Positions 9,790-20,757 are shown, counted from the first letter of the stretch. The stretch is DNA of 44,780 bases from Gammaproteobacteria bacterium (GCA_029880755.1 JAOUNW010000003.1:1-44780), one strand, 5' to 3'. A program made the numbers and translations. The notes: generated by a model not told the origin, from the sequence alone.

Positions 9790-12700
9790 TCAATTCATAT
9801 GTTTCCTGTGCGTATATTCCGTTGTGGCAAGGAACTCCTCTAAGGGCGCCGGCCTGGATATGAGATATCCTTGCGCATAATCCACTCCCATTTCAGTGAG
9901 CATGTTCAGGGTAGCGGCATCTTCAACAAATTCCGCAATGGTCTTTAATCCCATCAAGTGACCTATGTCAGTGACAGACTTAACCATCGCCCGCGAAACC
10001 GGGTCTTTAGTGATATCTCTGACAAATACGCCATCAATCTTTAACACGTCGACTGGAAGATTCTTCAAATAGGCGAAGGAGCTCAGGCCACTTCCAAAAT
10101 CGTCCAGTGCTATCTGGCATCCCAGGCTGCGCAACTGTCGAATATAACGGTCAGCAGCACTAATATTAGTGATAATTGCGGTTTCCGTTACTTCAAAGCC
10201 AATACGGGCAGGATCGACACCACTGGTCCCGATCGCAGACAGGACAAACTCCATGGTCTGCATGTCTCCCAGAGTCTGGCCCGATAAGTTTATAGCGCAG
10301 TGATATTCACTCAACTCTCCGTTTGCCAATGCCAAGAGTGTATTCCGCACCACCCATAAATCGATCGAAGACATCATATTGTAACGCTCGGCTGATGCGA
10401 TAAATACTGATGGCAGAATCAACTCCCCGTTATCGTCTGTCATGCGAATAAGAATTTCGCATTTTTTCTCATAGGGTCCGTCTAGCGCAATGATAGGCTG
10501 GTAATGCAAAACAAATTTATTTCCTTCAAGCGCTTGCTGGATCTTGTGAGTCCAGTTCATTTCACTGGCCCGCTTGGCTAGTGCTGCATTATCAGGGGTA
10601 TGTATACAAATCTGATTCCGTCCATGATCTTTGGCCAGATAACAGGCGGAATCCGCTGCGCTCAATAGCTGGGCTGCGGTGCCGCTATCTCTGGTAATAG
10701 GAACCAAGCCAAAACTGGCACCAATAGAAAAGACTTTATCTTCCCAGGTAAAACGAAAATCTGAAACAATGCCACGGATCACTTTTACCAGTTCTTCCGC
10801 TTTGGCCAAATCGCAACCGAACATCAATAGGCCGAACTCATCACCACCAAGACGCCCGAAAATATCACTGCCTCTAAGCTTGTCTTTAATAACAAGCGCG
10901 AGTTGCTTGAGTAACTCGTCACCGGCTATATGGCCACAGGTATCATTGACCACTTTGAATTGGTCAAGATCCATATAACAGAAAGCATGTTGTTTATCGT
11001 CATAATAGGCTGAACTGATTGCCTGATCCAACAGCTTGTCAAATTCATGGCGATTGATTAATCCCGTTAATGCATCGTGACCCGCACGATAAGCAATTTC
11101 CTTTGTCAGATCATGCATACTGGTGATATCCCAGAAGTAAACCCGAATAACATTTATCTCCGGGATAAAAGAAATATTCTGCTCGTAAACATACCCGTCA
11201 ATAACGATATCGCAAATCAGCGGTGTTTCAAGTTTCTTTAATTCCTCGACCTGACTTTCCAGACCTTTTAGTACCGGGTGGCTAAACCCCTGCTCTCTCA
11301 GGTCTGGAAACAACTGCATCGCCATAGGATTAACAAAAGTCACCTGGCCGGCGGGTGTAATTTCCACAACCGGTACAGGACTCAACTCCGGGAAAGACGC
11401 CAGTCGCTGCAATTCACGCTCCGCCTCCTTGCGCGCAGTAATATCCCGGACAATCGCGGTAATCAGGAAATCATCTTCGCTTTGCAGCGGGCTAAGACTG
11501 ATTTCCACATGAAACTGTTCACCGTTGCGCCGTTGAGCAACCAGCTCACGGCCCACACCCATGGCATTGGATCCCGGATTCACAGCAAACCCTTTTCGAA
11601 GCGAAGCATGTCTATCGTAAAGTTCGGGCGGGATAAGAATTTCCACTTCCTCCCCAATAAGCTCCTCTCGCTTAAATCCGAACACGCGCTCGCACTGGGC
11701 GTTCACCAGTACTATCTTTCCGTGACGGTCACAAATAATCATGGCATCTGGCGCCGATTCCAGCAGGCCGCTGAATTTTTCCTGTGCACGTTGCAGCTCG
11801 CGCTCGCGCTCGCGTACCTGGGAAAGATTGCGCTTACGTTGCAGAACCCCCGTAGGCTTTCCCATATAGTCTCGAACGATCCTGATTGTCGTTTCCATAG
11901 GAAAGCCCATTTCATTGGCAGGATCATCCGCTTCCATTACCACGATTTCGTCTTTCAATTCCTCGCAGGCCTTTCTGACATGGCAATGTCCTGATGTGCC
12001 GCCGGGATGGAAATATTTGTGGACATGCTTGCCAACAACTTCTTTTGGCGTTTTGTTAATCATTCTGTAAAACGCCTTATTGGCACGAATAAGTTTGCCT
12101 TCCAGATCTTCAAGAAAAATAACATCGTCCAGCGAGTCCATGGCATAAATCCATTCGGCCTGGGTTTCCTCAAGATGTCGCTCAATGGATCGGGCGCGCC
12201 CTCGCAGTTGAACGACATAGGCCGCAATATAGGGAATCATCAGGGCTACGATTACCAGCACCCACCAATAACGCTTCATCAGCGAGACCAGGCTTTTCAA
12301 CTGGTAATCCTTGTAGGGACCCACTGACAAAGTCTTCATTAAAAAATGTATTGCCTGATAGTCCAGCGGGACTGTCCACCCGTGACTTCTGGCCGCTACC
12401 GCTGCCGGGCTGTTTTTGGGCATGCTCAACAATGCGACGCCAACCTTCCCGGCTAACGCCGATTCGACTCCCTTGCGCTGGGCAAATGGCCATTCGGGAT
12501 AGAGATCCGTGCTGTAGAGAAAGGGGAAATCCGGATGGTTCCGGGCGCTTTCGAAAGGCATAACATGATCGTGAGGAATTACGAACAGATTCTTGAGTTG
12601 TATTTTGCCTTCGGCTGCCATGCGCTCCAGGGTACCGGTACGCACTGTGCCTGCGTCGACTTCCCCTCTCAATACTGCTTCCACAACCTTGTCCTGAGGG

Positions 12701-13239
12701 AAGCCGCTAAACTCCAGCCGGGAAAAGTCAGAAAATGGATCGATATCTTTTTGTACAAACTCCATCCATGCCATTTGGAACCCGCCAAACGCGGATTCCT
12801 TGACTGCCATAAAAGACTTGCCTTTTAAGTCACTCAGTCTCTTGATATCCATGCGATCGGCACGTGTAAAAATAACGGCGCCAAATCGGGTTGTGGGCTG
12901 ACCCTGCTCCAAAGTGACCAATGTTGCCATGCGGGTAATACCGTACTTTGCCTCCAGGGTGACATAATCACCGCTATTGGTAATAATAAAATCAACCTCG
13001 GACGCAGCCACAGCGGCTTCCATTTCCGGCAATGAAAGCGGACGAATACGAAATTGGTAATCGGGTAAGCGCTTGTTCAGATAATCCGCGGTAGGGGTCC
13101 AGGTATTATAGGCGTCATCAGCCCCCCATGGCGCGAGCACGCCAATCACAACCGGCGATTTCGCTGGCAGGGTTCCCGAAATAAACACCATTACGGCAAA
13201 AAATAAAAAACGACACAGAGTCGCTGTACTAACAGCCAT
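9790..13239 (-). CDS. Membrane-anchored c-di-GMP enzyme: PhnD/TtrS-like periplasmic binding domain, TM, PAS domains, GGDEF, EAL
   Basis: Signal peptide; IGVLA...W.PTADYL, DAGTVRTG, STDLYPEWPFA; TM YWWVLVIVALMI; PAS repeats; RLGGDEF; EILIRM, DDFGSG, AEFVE, YAQGY. Confidence 0.92.
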   Translation of the reverse strand: MAVSTATLCRFLFFAVMVFISGTLPAKSPVVIGVLAPWGADDAYNTWTPTADYLNKRLPDYQFRIRPLSLPEMEAAVAASEVDFIITNSGDYVTLEAKYGITRMATLVTLEQGQPTTRFGAVIFTRADRMDIKRLSDLKGKSFMAVKESAFGGFQMAWMEFVQKDIDPFSDFSRLEFSGFPQDKVVEAVLRGEVDAGTVRTGTLERMAAEGKIQLKNLFVIPHDHVMPFESARNHPDFPFLYSTDLYPEWPFAQRKGVESALAGKVGVALLSMPKNSPAAVAARSHGWTVPLDYQAIHFLMKTLSVGPYKDYQLKSLVSLMKRYWWVLVIVALMIPYIAAYVVQLRGRARSIERHLEETQAEWIYAMDSLDDVIFLEDLEGKLIRANKAFYRMINKTPKEVVGKHVHKYFHPGGTSGHCHVRKACEELKDEIVVMEADDPANEMGFPMETTIRIVRDYMGKPTGVLQRKRNLSQVRERERELQRAQEKFSGLLESAPDAMIICDRHGKIVLVNAQCERVFGFKREELIGEEVEILIPPELYDRHASLRKGFAVNPGSNAMGVGRELVAQRRNGEQFHVEISLSPLQSEDDFLITAIVRDITARKEAERELQRLASFPELSPVPVVEITPAGQVTFVNPMAMQLFPDLREQGFSHPVLKGLESQVEELKKLETPLICDIVIDGYVYEQNISFIPEINVIRVYFWDITSMHDLTKEIAYRAGHDALTGLINRHEFDKLLDQAISSAYYDDKQHAFCYMDLDQFKVVNDTCGHIAGDELLKQLALVIKDKLRGSDIFGRLGGDEFGLLMFGCDLAKAEELVKVIRGIVSDFRFTWEDKVFSIGASFGLVPITRDSGTAAQLLSAADSACYLAKDHGRNQICIHTPDNAALAKRASEMNWTHKIQQALEGNKFVLHYQPIIALDGPYEKKCEILIRMTDDNGELILPSVFIASAERYNMMSSIDLWVVRNTLLALANGELSEYHCAINLSGQTLGDMQTMEFVLSAIGTSGVDPARIGFEVTETAIITNISAADRYIRQLRSLGCQIALDDFGSGLSSFAYLKNLPVDVLKIDGVFVRDITKDPVSRAMVKSVTDIGHLMGLKTIAEFVEDAATLNMLTEMGVDYAQGYLISRPAPLEEFLATTEYTHRKHMN

Positions 13240-13518
13240 TGTGTCTCCTGTTATTATTGGTTTTTAAAATCCAGTTGCGAAACCACCCGCTCTGGCAATC
13301 CTTGCAACACGACATCAATACATATTAGTAATAATCATAGACTACTCCCGAGCAGGCATTGTGGGAGTTTTTTATGTTTATAATCTGATAGTTAGCATTA
13401 ATCTACATCAGGAAGAGGAGGCAATATGCACCGGAACAGAATATATCCCGATTAGATCTATTGATAACGGCCCCATAGAAACGGGACAAGCAACTGGACA
13501 AAAACAGAGGGGGGTTGT

Positions 13519-14745
13519 CTAGCGTTTCCGCGACCGAAGCTTGCCGGCGATACGCATGCGCAGGGCATTCAATTTAATAAAGCCACCGGCATCCGCCTGA
13601 TTATAAGCGCCAGCATCGTCCTCAAATGTGGCGATTTCCGGGTCAAACAGGCTGTCACTGTCGGACTGGCGACCGACGACCACAACATTGCCCTTGTACA
13701 GCTTCAGTCGCACTTTGCCATTAACGCTTGCCTGTGAGGCATCAATCATTTGCTGCAGCAACTTCCTTTCCGGGCTCCACCAATAGCCGTTATAAATCAG
13801 GCTGGCGTAACGGGGCATTAACTCATCCTTCAGGTGTGCCGCTTCCCGATCCAGAGTCAAAGATTCAATGGCCCGATGCCCTTTTAACATAATTGTTCCA
13901 GCAGGCGTTTCATAACACCCACGGGATTTCATGCCCACGTAACGGTTCTCAACAATGTCAGCACGGCCAATACCATTCGCACCACCCAACATGTTCAGAT
14001 GCTCCATCACACTGGCAGGGCTCATGGGTTGCCCATCAATAGCAACGATATCTCCTTTCTCATAAGTCAGCTCGATATAGGTCGGGCTATCGGGCGCTTC
14101 CTCTGGCGACACAGACCAGCGCCACATGGATTCTTCCGGCTCGGACCAGGGATCTTCCAGCAAATCGCCTTCATAAGAGATATGCAGCAGATTGGCGTCC
14201 ATGGAGTACGGTGATTTTTTTCCACGCTTCATTTCGACCGCGATGCCGTGCTTGTCGGCGTAATCCAGCAGCTTCTGTCTCGAAGTTAGATCCCATTCAC
14301 GCCAGGGAGCGATGACATGGATGTCCGGCTTTAGGGCATAAAACCCCAATTCAAACCGAACCTGATCATTACCTTTGCCCGTTGCCCCATGTGACACAGC
14401 ATCGGCACCGGTTTGATTGGCAATTTCAATCTGACGCTTGGCAATAAGCGGGCGGGCGATGGATGTACCCAGCAGATACTCACCTTCATAAATAGCATTT
14501 GCGCGAAACATGGGAAAAACAAAATCCCGGGCAAACTCCTCACGTAAGTCATCGATAAAAATCTCCTTAACGCCCATGGCCTTTGCCTTGGTGCGCGCAC
14601 TTTCCACTTCCTCGCCCTGGCCAATATCTGCGGTAAATGTCACCACTTCGCAGTCATAGACTTCCTGCAACCACTTCAGGATGACGGAAGTATCCAAACC
14701 ACCTGAATAGGCCAATACCACTTTTTTGACTTTAGCTGACGACAT
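13519..14745 (-). CDS. argG: Argininosuccinate synthase
   Basis: [48 protein letters not shown]; ATG at 14745 with GGAG RBS. Confidence 0.98.
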   Translation of the reverse strand: MSSAKVKKVVLAYSGGLDTSVILKWLQEVYDCEVVTFTADIGQGEEVESARTKAKAMGVKEIFIDDLREEFARDFVFPMFRANAIYEGEYLLGTSIARPLIAKRQIEIANQTGADAVSHGATGKGNDQVRFELGFYALKPDIHVIAPWREWDLTSRQKLLDYADKHGIAVEMKRGKKSPYSMDANLLHISYEGDLLEDPWSEPEESMWRWSVSPEEAPDSPTYIELTYEKGDIVAIDGQPMSPASVMEHLNMLGGANGIGRADIVENRYVGMKSRGCYETPAGTIMLKGHRAIESLTLDREAAHLKDELMPRYASLIYNGYWWSPERKLLQQMIDASQASVNGKVRLKLYKGNVVVVGRQSDSDSLFDPEIATFEDDAGAYNQADAGGFIKLNALRMRIAGKLRSRKR

Positions 14746-14809
14746 GAACGTGCTGCTCCCGGATTTGCCGACCCTGTATAGAATTGCAGACTTGGAATGT
14801 TTCACCACG

Positions 14810-14841
14810 CCGGAACCGCTCGATTTATAGAACGGTTCCGG
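14810..14841 (-). other. Stem-loop between pdhC and argG
   Basis: CCGGAACCG...CGGTTCCGG 9-bp inverted repeat, no U-tract. Confidence 0.4.
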
Positions 14842-14853
14842 TGCTTCGTTATA

Positions 14854-17800
14854 CTATTTTTTCTTGCTGCGGCGCAATCGTGACAACAAGCGACGCGACA
14901 TATCCCCAAACATTTCTGTCTGAGTGGGATGAGGATGAATTGCCTGCGCCACCTGCTCCAACGTCATATCACCCGCTACCATCATGACTGCTTCGCCAAT
15001 CAACGTGTCCGCATGGTCTGCCAAAAAGTGGACGCCAATAATGCGATGGCTATCACGATCAGCGACGATCTTGATCATGCCATCGGTTTCATTAGTGATC
15101 ATGGCCTTGGCATCAATACTCATGGGTGTTTTCACTTCAATAGCATCAATGCCTTTGCTTTTCGCCTGATCCACAGACAAGCCAACAAATGCTGCCTGAG
15201 GGCGGGTGAAAATAACACCGCAATCCTTGTCCTGGTTGTAAGCCATGGGCTCACCCAGCAACATACCCGCTGCTACCCGACCCTGTTGCCCGGCAGTATG
15301 TGCCAGCATCAACCCACCGATAACATCGCCAACAGCAAAAATATGCGGCACACTGGTTTGGCAGAATTTATCCGCTACCACCACGCCTTTATCCACGGCA
15401 ACACCCGCCTTGTTTAGCTGCAAAGGCTCTAACACCGGACGCTTTCCCGTTGCCATAATGACATAATCGCACTTGAAGTTAGTGCTCTTGCCGTCGGCGT
15501 TTGCATACACCAGCGTCATATCGCCGGGTTTGCCTTTGATTTCTTTGGCCTTGGCCGAGGTTACCAGCGTCAGATTCTTTTCATTCTGTAATAGTCCGGC
15601 CAGTGTTTTGGCGATCTCCGGTTCAACTTCCGCAAGTGGCCGGTCCTGCGCCTCCAGTACGGTAACCTTGGCACCGAAGTCAGCAAAAATTTGCGCCATC
15701 TCCAGTCCAATAGCACCGGCACCAATAATACCTACACGCGCCGGCGCCTTCTTGAGACTCCATACCGTATCAGAAGTAAGAACGCCTTTGGAATCTGCTC
15801 CCGGAATAGGAGGAACGAAAGGCGGTGCACCGGTTGCTATCACCGCTGCACCAAAGGTAATGGTCTTGGTCTTTTTGCCTGCACCCGGTAACGCGCGTAC
15901 ATGCGGATCATCGCTATTGCCGGAGGCATCCACTTCCACGCTGTGATCGGAAGCGAATCGGGCAAACCCGTGGATGACATCAATCTTGACGCCCTTGTCG
16001 GTCTTCAAGGCCATATCGCCGCGAGTCTCCAGCACGGAGCGGCGGGTCTTTTCCAGCTTACTCCAGGACAGTGTCGGTTGGTTTGTACCCTGGATTCCTA
16101 AATGGCTGTCATGCTGACGGTCGCGTACGCGATCAGCGGCAGCACGCCATGCCTTGGAAGGAATGCAACCTCGCCACAAACACTCTCCTCCCGGAAATGG
16201 CGCATCGTTAATCATGGCCACTTTTTTACCATGACCGGCAAGATCCCGCGCACAATCCTCGCCACCGGGGCCGCCTCCGATCACAACGACATCGTAATCC
16301 CAATCACCTTTTGGAATTGTTACCGTCGGCGCATGAATGCCGGCGGGCACGGACTTGCTTACCGCCACCTGACCGACCGCAGCGCCCAACCACGCCGGAT
16401 TCTCTACCAGTTCCTTAAAGGCATTAAGAAACTTGGCGGCGTCAGCGCCGTTAACAATACGATGGTCCGCCGTCACAGTCACCGGCATACCCTGTGGTCC
16501 GGTTGTCGCAATGGCAAAAATAGCTGAAGTACCAGGTGTCGGAATGGCATCGAAATGGGAAACACCCAACATACCCATGTTGGAAATGGTAAACGTGGGA
16601 TTGGAATATTCCTCTGGTTTTAAACGGCGAATACGCGCCCGGTTAACCAGGTCTTTCCAGTTGGCGCTAAGCTCATCCATGCTTTTGTTAATCACATCAC
16701 GCAGCACTGGCACCACCAACCCCATTCCCTCCGTTTCCACTGCCAAACCAACGTCCACTTGCTCGCGTTCGACAATGCGGTCTTCGTGTTGATATACCGC
16801 GTTAACTTTCGGGAACTGCTGTATTGCCAGCGCCGCCGCCTTGGCCAAGGCAACTGTCAGGGAATAACCCTTGGTCTTGGAAGCACTAATGAGATTCTGC
16901 GGCTGAATATTAATCGTTACCCTGAACAATGGCATGGACAGGGAATACTCCATATTGTGTGCCACTGCCTTTTCCATGGCATCCATCGGTCTACCCATGC
17001 CCGGCACCTGAAAGATACGCTTGGTCGAGGTCTTCTGGATATCGCTGTTTAAAACGTCCGCTGCCACGATGACGCCACCGATACCTGATCCGCTGATGCT
17101 GTTTAAATCAATACCATGGGCCCCCGCAAGTTGTCGGGCATAAGGCGTAGCCTTACCGGAGCGAGGGCGCGGCGCCGGCGTTGCGCCATGAGGCATCGCA
17201 GGAATTTTTGTTTTCGCCTTGGGCATTCCGTACGGTTCTGACTTGGGAATGCTCACAGGCGCAGCAGCGACCGACGGGTTCATGGCTGTTCTCTTGCTAT
17301 CCATGACCTGGCTCTTTTCGGCAACCAGATAAGCAATTGCCTCACCTACCGGCACCACGCTGTCGACATCTGCCAATGGACCGGACAGATAACCTTCCCG
17401 GAACACTTCTGCATCCATCACTGCTTTATCGGTTTCAATGGTCGCCACGACCGTACCACGCTCAATAAAATCACCCAGGTTCTTTTCCCAGGACACCAGC
17501 GTGCCCTCCGTCATGGTGTCGGACAGCTGAGGCATTTTAATAGGTGTAGCGTTATCAGGAATGGTTTCAGCTGACGCTGATCCTTCTGCCGGCTTAGCAG
17601 CCTGCTCGCTGTTTCTTGCAGCCACAGCAGCTTTCGCCGGCGCGCCAGCACTATCACTGACTTGCTCCTTCGTAGCAACCAAGAATCCAATTGCCTCACC
17701 CACCGGCACCACGCTGTCTACACCGGCCAACGGGCCAGACAGATAACCCTCGCGGAACACTTCGACATCCATAATGGCTTTGTCGGTCTCAATCGTTGCC

Positions 17801-17913
17801 ACCACAGTACCACGCTCAATAAAATCACCCAGGTTCTTTTCCCAGGACACCAGCGTGCCCTCCGTCATGGTGTCGGAAAGCTGAGGCATTTTAATAATGT
17901 AAGGATCGGCCAT
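14854..17913 (-). CDS. pdhC: Fused pyruvate dehydrogenase E2-E3 (two lipoyl domains, subunit-binding domain, acetyltransferase, dihydrolipoamide dehydrogenase)
   Basis: Two ETDKA lipoyl motifs, ATPYARQLA binding domain, FTISNMG...DHRIVNGA, then GGGPGG, GGECLWRGCIPSK, IGAGAIG, HPHPT in one frame; start MADPY at 17913. Confidence 0.93.
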   Translation of the reverse strand: MADPYIIKMPQLSDTMTEGTLVSWEKNLGDFIERGTVVATIETDKAIMDVEVFREGYLSGPLAGVDSVVPVGEAIGFLVATKEQVSDSAGAPAKAAVAARNSEQAAKPAEGSASAETIPDNATPIKMPQLSDTMTEGTLVSWEKNLGDFIERGTVVATIETDKAVMDAEVFREGYLSGPLADVDSVVPVGEAIAYLVAEKSQVMDSKRTAMNPSVAAAPVSIPKSEPYGMPKAKTKIPAMPHGATPAPRPRSGKATPYARQLAGAHGIDLNSISGSGIGGVIVAADVLNSDIQKTSTKRIFQVPGMGRPMDAMEKAVAHNMEYSLSMPLFRVTINIQPQNLISASKTKGYSLTVALAKAAALAIQQFPKVNAVYQHEDRIVEREQVDVGLAVETEGMGLVVPVLRDVINKSMDELSANWKDLVNRARIRRLKPEEYSNPTFTISNMGMLGVSHFDAIPTPGTSAIFAIATTGPQGMPVTVTADHRIVNGADAAKFLNAFKELVENPAWLGAAVGQVAVSKSVPAGIHAPTVTIPKGDWDYDVVVIGGGPGGEDCARDLAGHGKKVAMINDAPFPGGECLWRGCIPSKAWRAAADRVRDRQHDSHLGIQGTNQPTLSWSKLEKTRRSVLETRGDMALKTDKGVKIDVIHGFARFASDHSVEVDASGNSDDPHVRALPGAGKKTKTITFGAAVIATGAPPFVPPIPGADSKGVLTSDTVWSLKKAPARVGIIGAGAIGLEMAQIFADFGAKVTVLEAQDRPLAEVEPEIAKTLAGLLQNEKNLTLVTSAKAKEIKGKPGDMTLVYANADGKSTNFKCDYVIMATGKRPVLEPLQLNKAGVAVDKGVVVADKFCQTSVPHIFAVGDVIGGLMLAHTAGQQGRVAAGMLLGEPMAYNQDKDCGVIFTRPQAAFVGLSVDQAKSKGIDAIEVKTPMSIDAKAMITNETDGMIKIVADRDSHRIIGVHFLADHADTLIGEAVMMVAGDMTLEQVAQAIHPHPTQTEMFGDMSRRLLSRLRRSKKK
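17453..17896. repeat. Intragenic direct repeat between the two lipoyl-domain coding regions
   Basis: 17453-17542 and 17807-17896 differ at one base by eye (GGACAG vs GGAAAG). Confidence 0.85.
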
Positions 17914-18069
17914 AGTTATTGATTCTATATTCTTGATATTGTCAGTTAGCGTGGCGGAAGAAGCTTTCCTGTTTCTTAATGTTCCCTGCCGTGAGCCCAA
18001 GGCAAAGAAGAAGCCATCATTTCCGTTCCACTATAGGAAAACGCTGCTATTGGATTCTCCTGATTGGTG

Positions 18070-19050
18070 TTAGATCTTACCCATTACCTTTAATGCACCC
18101 TGATAGACATCTTCTACATCAGGAATCGCTTCTTTCTCCAGGGTATAATTGTACGGTACAGGCACATCCGCCGCGTGAATTCGCACTGGTTGCGCGTCCA
18201 GCGCATAAAAACAATCTTCGGTAATTACGGCCATGATCTCGGCACCCACACCTACCGGTGCTTCATCTTCTTCCGCTACCAGTACACGATGGGTTTTTTC
18301 CACTGAGCGGCGAATGGTTTCTCTATCCAGCGGTTTCAGGGCTCGCAGATCCAGTACCTCGGCGCTAATGCCATCACTCTCAAGTCGCTTAGCGGCCTCA
18401 AGACATAAATAAACACTGAAGTTATAACCGATCAAAGTAATGTCAGTACCTTCACGCACAATTTCCGCTCCTTCAAGCGGCCGGAAGAATTCCTCATCCG
18501 GTACTTCTTCCTTGATGTTATACATACGCTCATGTTCAATAATAATAACCGGATCATTGCAGCGTACTGCCGACTTCAACATGCCACAGGCATCCAGCGG
18601 ACCACGAGGTGTTACGACACGCAATCCTGACGTGCTCATAAACATGCGCGCCAACCTGGCAGAATGTTGTGCTGCCAACTGATGCGCCGTACCTCCTGGC
18701 GTACGCATTACAATAGGGCACGAGACACGGCCACCTGACATGTAGCGAATCTTGGCAGCTGCATTAATCAAGGTATCCAGCGCCAGCAAGGCAAAGTTGA
18801 TAGACATGATTTCGATGATCGGCCGCACACCCACCATGGACGCACCGATACCGATGCCAGTGTAGGAGTTCTCGGAGATCGGCGTATCGATAATCCGGCT
18901 CTCACCATACTTATCGTATAACCCCGATGTTGCTTTGTATGTTCCGCCCGCGACACCAATGTCTTCACCCATGGCAATCACCAATGGATCATTGGCCATT
19001 TCCTCGTCATGGGCACGGCGAATTGCTTCCCAATATGCTATTTCAGCCAT
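18070..19050 (-). CDS. pdhB: Pyruvate dehydrogenase E1 beta subunit
   Basis: MGEDIG, IDTPISE, AAQHS, DLRALKPLD motifs. Confidence 0.95.
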   Translation of the reverse strand: MAEIAYWEAIRRAHDEEMANDPLVIAMGEDIGVAGGTYKATSGLYDKYGESRIIDTPISENSYTGIGIGASMVGVRPIIEIMSINFALLALDTLINAAAKIRYMSGGRVSCPIVMRTPGGTAHQLAAQHSARLARMFMSTSGLRVVTPRGPLDACGMLKSAVRCNDPVIIIEHERMYNIKEEVPDEEFFRPLEGAEIVREGTDITLIGYNFSVYLCLEAAKRLESDGISAEVLDLRALKPLDRETIRRSVEKTHRVLVAEEDEAPVGVGAEIMAVITEDCFYALDAQPVRIHAADVPVPYNYTLEKEAIPDVEDVYQGALKVMGKI

Positions 19051-19061
19051 AGCTTACCTCG

Positions 19062-20063
19062 TTATTTATTCTGTAATGGCCCAATCCAGCGCGGATCCGG
19101 GTTATCGTCAAGCACATATTTGTATAGATCTTCCACCCTGGGTTCCGGGCTTTCCTCTGCAAACTTGATGATATCGTTTTCGATCTCATCATCGATTTCC
19201 TTTTCCATTGCCTTGATATCGGCATCCGTAATCACTTTGGCTTTTTTCAGCTTGGCAGCATAGATAGTGATCGGGTCACGCTTCTCCCATTGCTTTTCTT
19301 CTTCCTTGGAACGATAACCTTTGGAATCAGACATGGAGTGTCCACGATACCGGTAAGTCATAAATTCAATAAAGTAAGGTCCCTTGCCGCTGCGCACAAA
19401 ATCAATGGCGGTCTTGGCGGCCTCCATCACTGTATCGATGTCCTGGCCGTCGTGCTGGCTGGCTTTCATGTCATAACCGCAAACGCGTTTGTACTGATCC
19501 GTTACGGCAGTGGACCGCTCAATCCGTGTGCCGATAGCGTACATATTATTTTCGCATACAAACAAAACGGGCAGTTTCCAGACTGATGCCATATTCATGG
19601 TCTCATGGAAGGTGCCCTGGTTGTTGGCGCCATCACCAAGAAAACAAATGGCAATCTGGTCGGTGGCCTTGAGTTTCGCTCCCATTGCCAACCCGGCTGC
19701 CAACGGAAATGGTTGACCTACCAGCGCATAACCACCCATGAAATTCACTGTCGGGTCAAAAATGTGCATGGACCCGCCGCGGCCGCGGGAAGAACCGGTT
19801 TCCTTGCCATATAACTCTGCCATCACTTCACGCGCGGGCGCGCCTGATTTTATGGCATGAACATGATCGCGATATCCCGTGATCACGTAGTCATGACCTG
19901 TTTTGGCCATTTCCAGTACACCTGTCGCAACCGCTTCCTGACCTGAATAGAGGTGCAGAAACCCACCCATTTTTCTTTCCATGTAGGCTTCGAAGCAACG
20001 GTCCTCAAAGCGGCGAAAAAAGATCATCTCACGCAATAAGCGTTTTTGGTCATCAGCTTTCAT
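19062..20063 (-). CDS. pdhA: Pyruvate dehydrogenase E1 alpha subunit
   Basis: GFLHLYSGQEA, YRDH, GRGGSMH, GDGA...ENN TPP motif, TYRYRGHSMSD. Confidence 0.96.
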   Translation of the reverse strand: MKADDQKRLLREMIFFRRFEDRCFEAYMERKMGGFLHLYSGQEAVATGVLEMAKTGHDYVITGYRDHVHAIKSGAPAREVMAELYGKETGSSRGRGGSMHIFDPTVNFMGGYALVGQPFPLAAGLAMGAKLKATDQIAICFLGDGANNQGTFHETMNMASVWKLPVLFVCENNMYAIGTRIERSTAVTDQYKRVCGYDMKASQHDGQDIDTVMEAAKTAIDFVRSGKGPYFIEFMTYRYRGHSMSDSKGYRSKEEEKQWEKRDPITIYAAKLKKAKVITDADIKAMEKEIDDEIENDIIKFAEESPEPRVEDLYKYVLDDNPDPRWIGPLQNK

Positions 20064-20757
20064 GAATCTCCTGTCTAGAGGTAGGCTATCTAAAGAGATA
20101 AGTTATTGAACCCAAAACCGCTCTGCCCAATTTTTGGCAGATACAGTCACTTCTTCTCCGGGTCCCCAAAATGCGGTCGGTATGATCGTTTTTTTGGGGA
20201 AACAGGTCAAGGTGTGCATTGGTTAATAAGATCCGGCGGCAAAACACTTTTTTTGACCTAAGTGTATATATAAGTAATCTCTAATATTTTGGGAAGCATA
20301 ACAGAAGATCGATACAAATCAACCTGGCTTGACCGGAGATCAAAGCAGTTAATCGATTATTTGCAAACCTACCTCACGGGGCGGCCATTTCCTGATTTTT
20401 AATGTAGGTCGATACATCTCGCCGACAAAAATAAAGTCAGAGCTGGTATGGCTATTGGCTTCCCTTACTTTTACCCTTCCCTTGAATTCTTTCCAAATCT
20501 CCCTTAGGCTTTGCGCCCGACTGGAGCACTCAGGTATTATCTGGATGACCCAAGTAAAGTCTTTTAAATCAATAATGTAGAAACAGAGGAAGCGCAATGA
20601 AAAATCCATTGGACTCAATCACCGGCACTATCATTTCAGGATTCGTTTTGACAATTATCCTGTACTTCGTAGTAAAGAATTTTCTGGTAGCGGCGGCCGG
20701 CTAATCCCGCTGACACGTAATCAAACAACTCACCAATAACGATTTCTGGAGATATTT

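Noticed and set aside
13240-13518. c-di-GMP riboswitch upstream of the GGDEF-EAL gene
   Set aside because: No class I or class II consensus recognisable by eye
17914-18000. N-terminal extension of the pdhC ORF (similarly argG, the 37396 oxidoreductase and YkvA)
   Set aside because: Family similarity begins at downstream ATGs, so the longest-ORF starts are likely over-calls
20329-20343. FNR box
   Set aside because: TTGAC-N5-ATCAA has the wrong spacing; the consensus needs N4
20349-20618. 89-aa ORF in the pdhA upstream spacer
   Set aside because: Non-ATG start, no clear RBS, no recognisable motif
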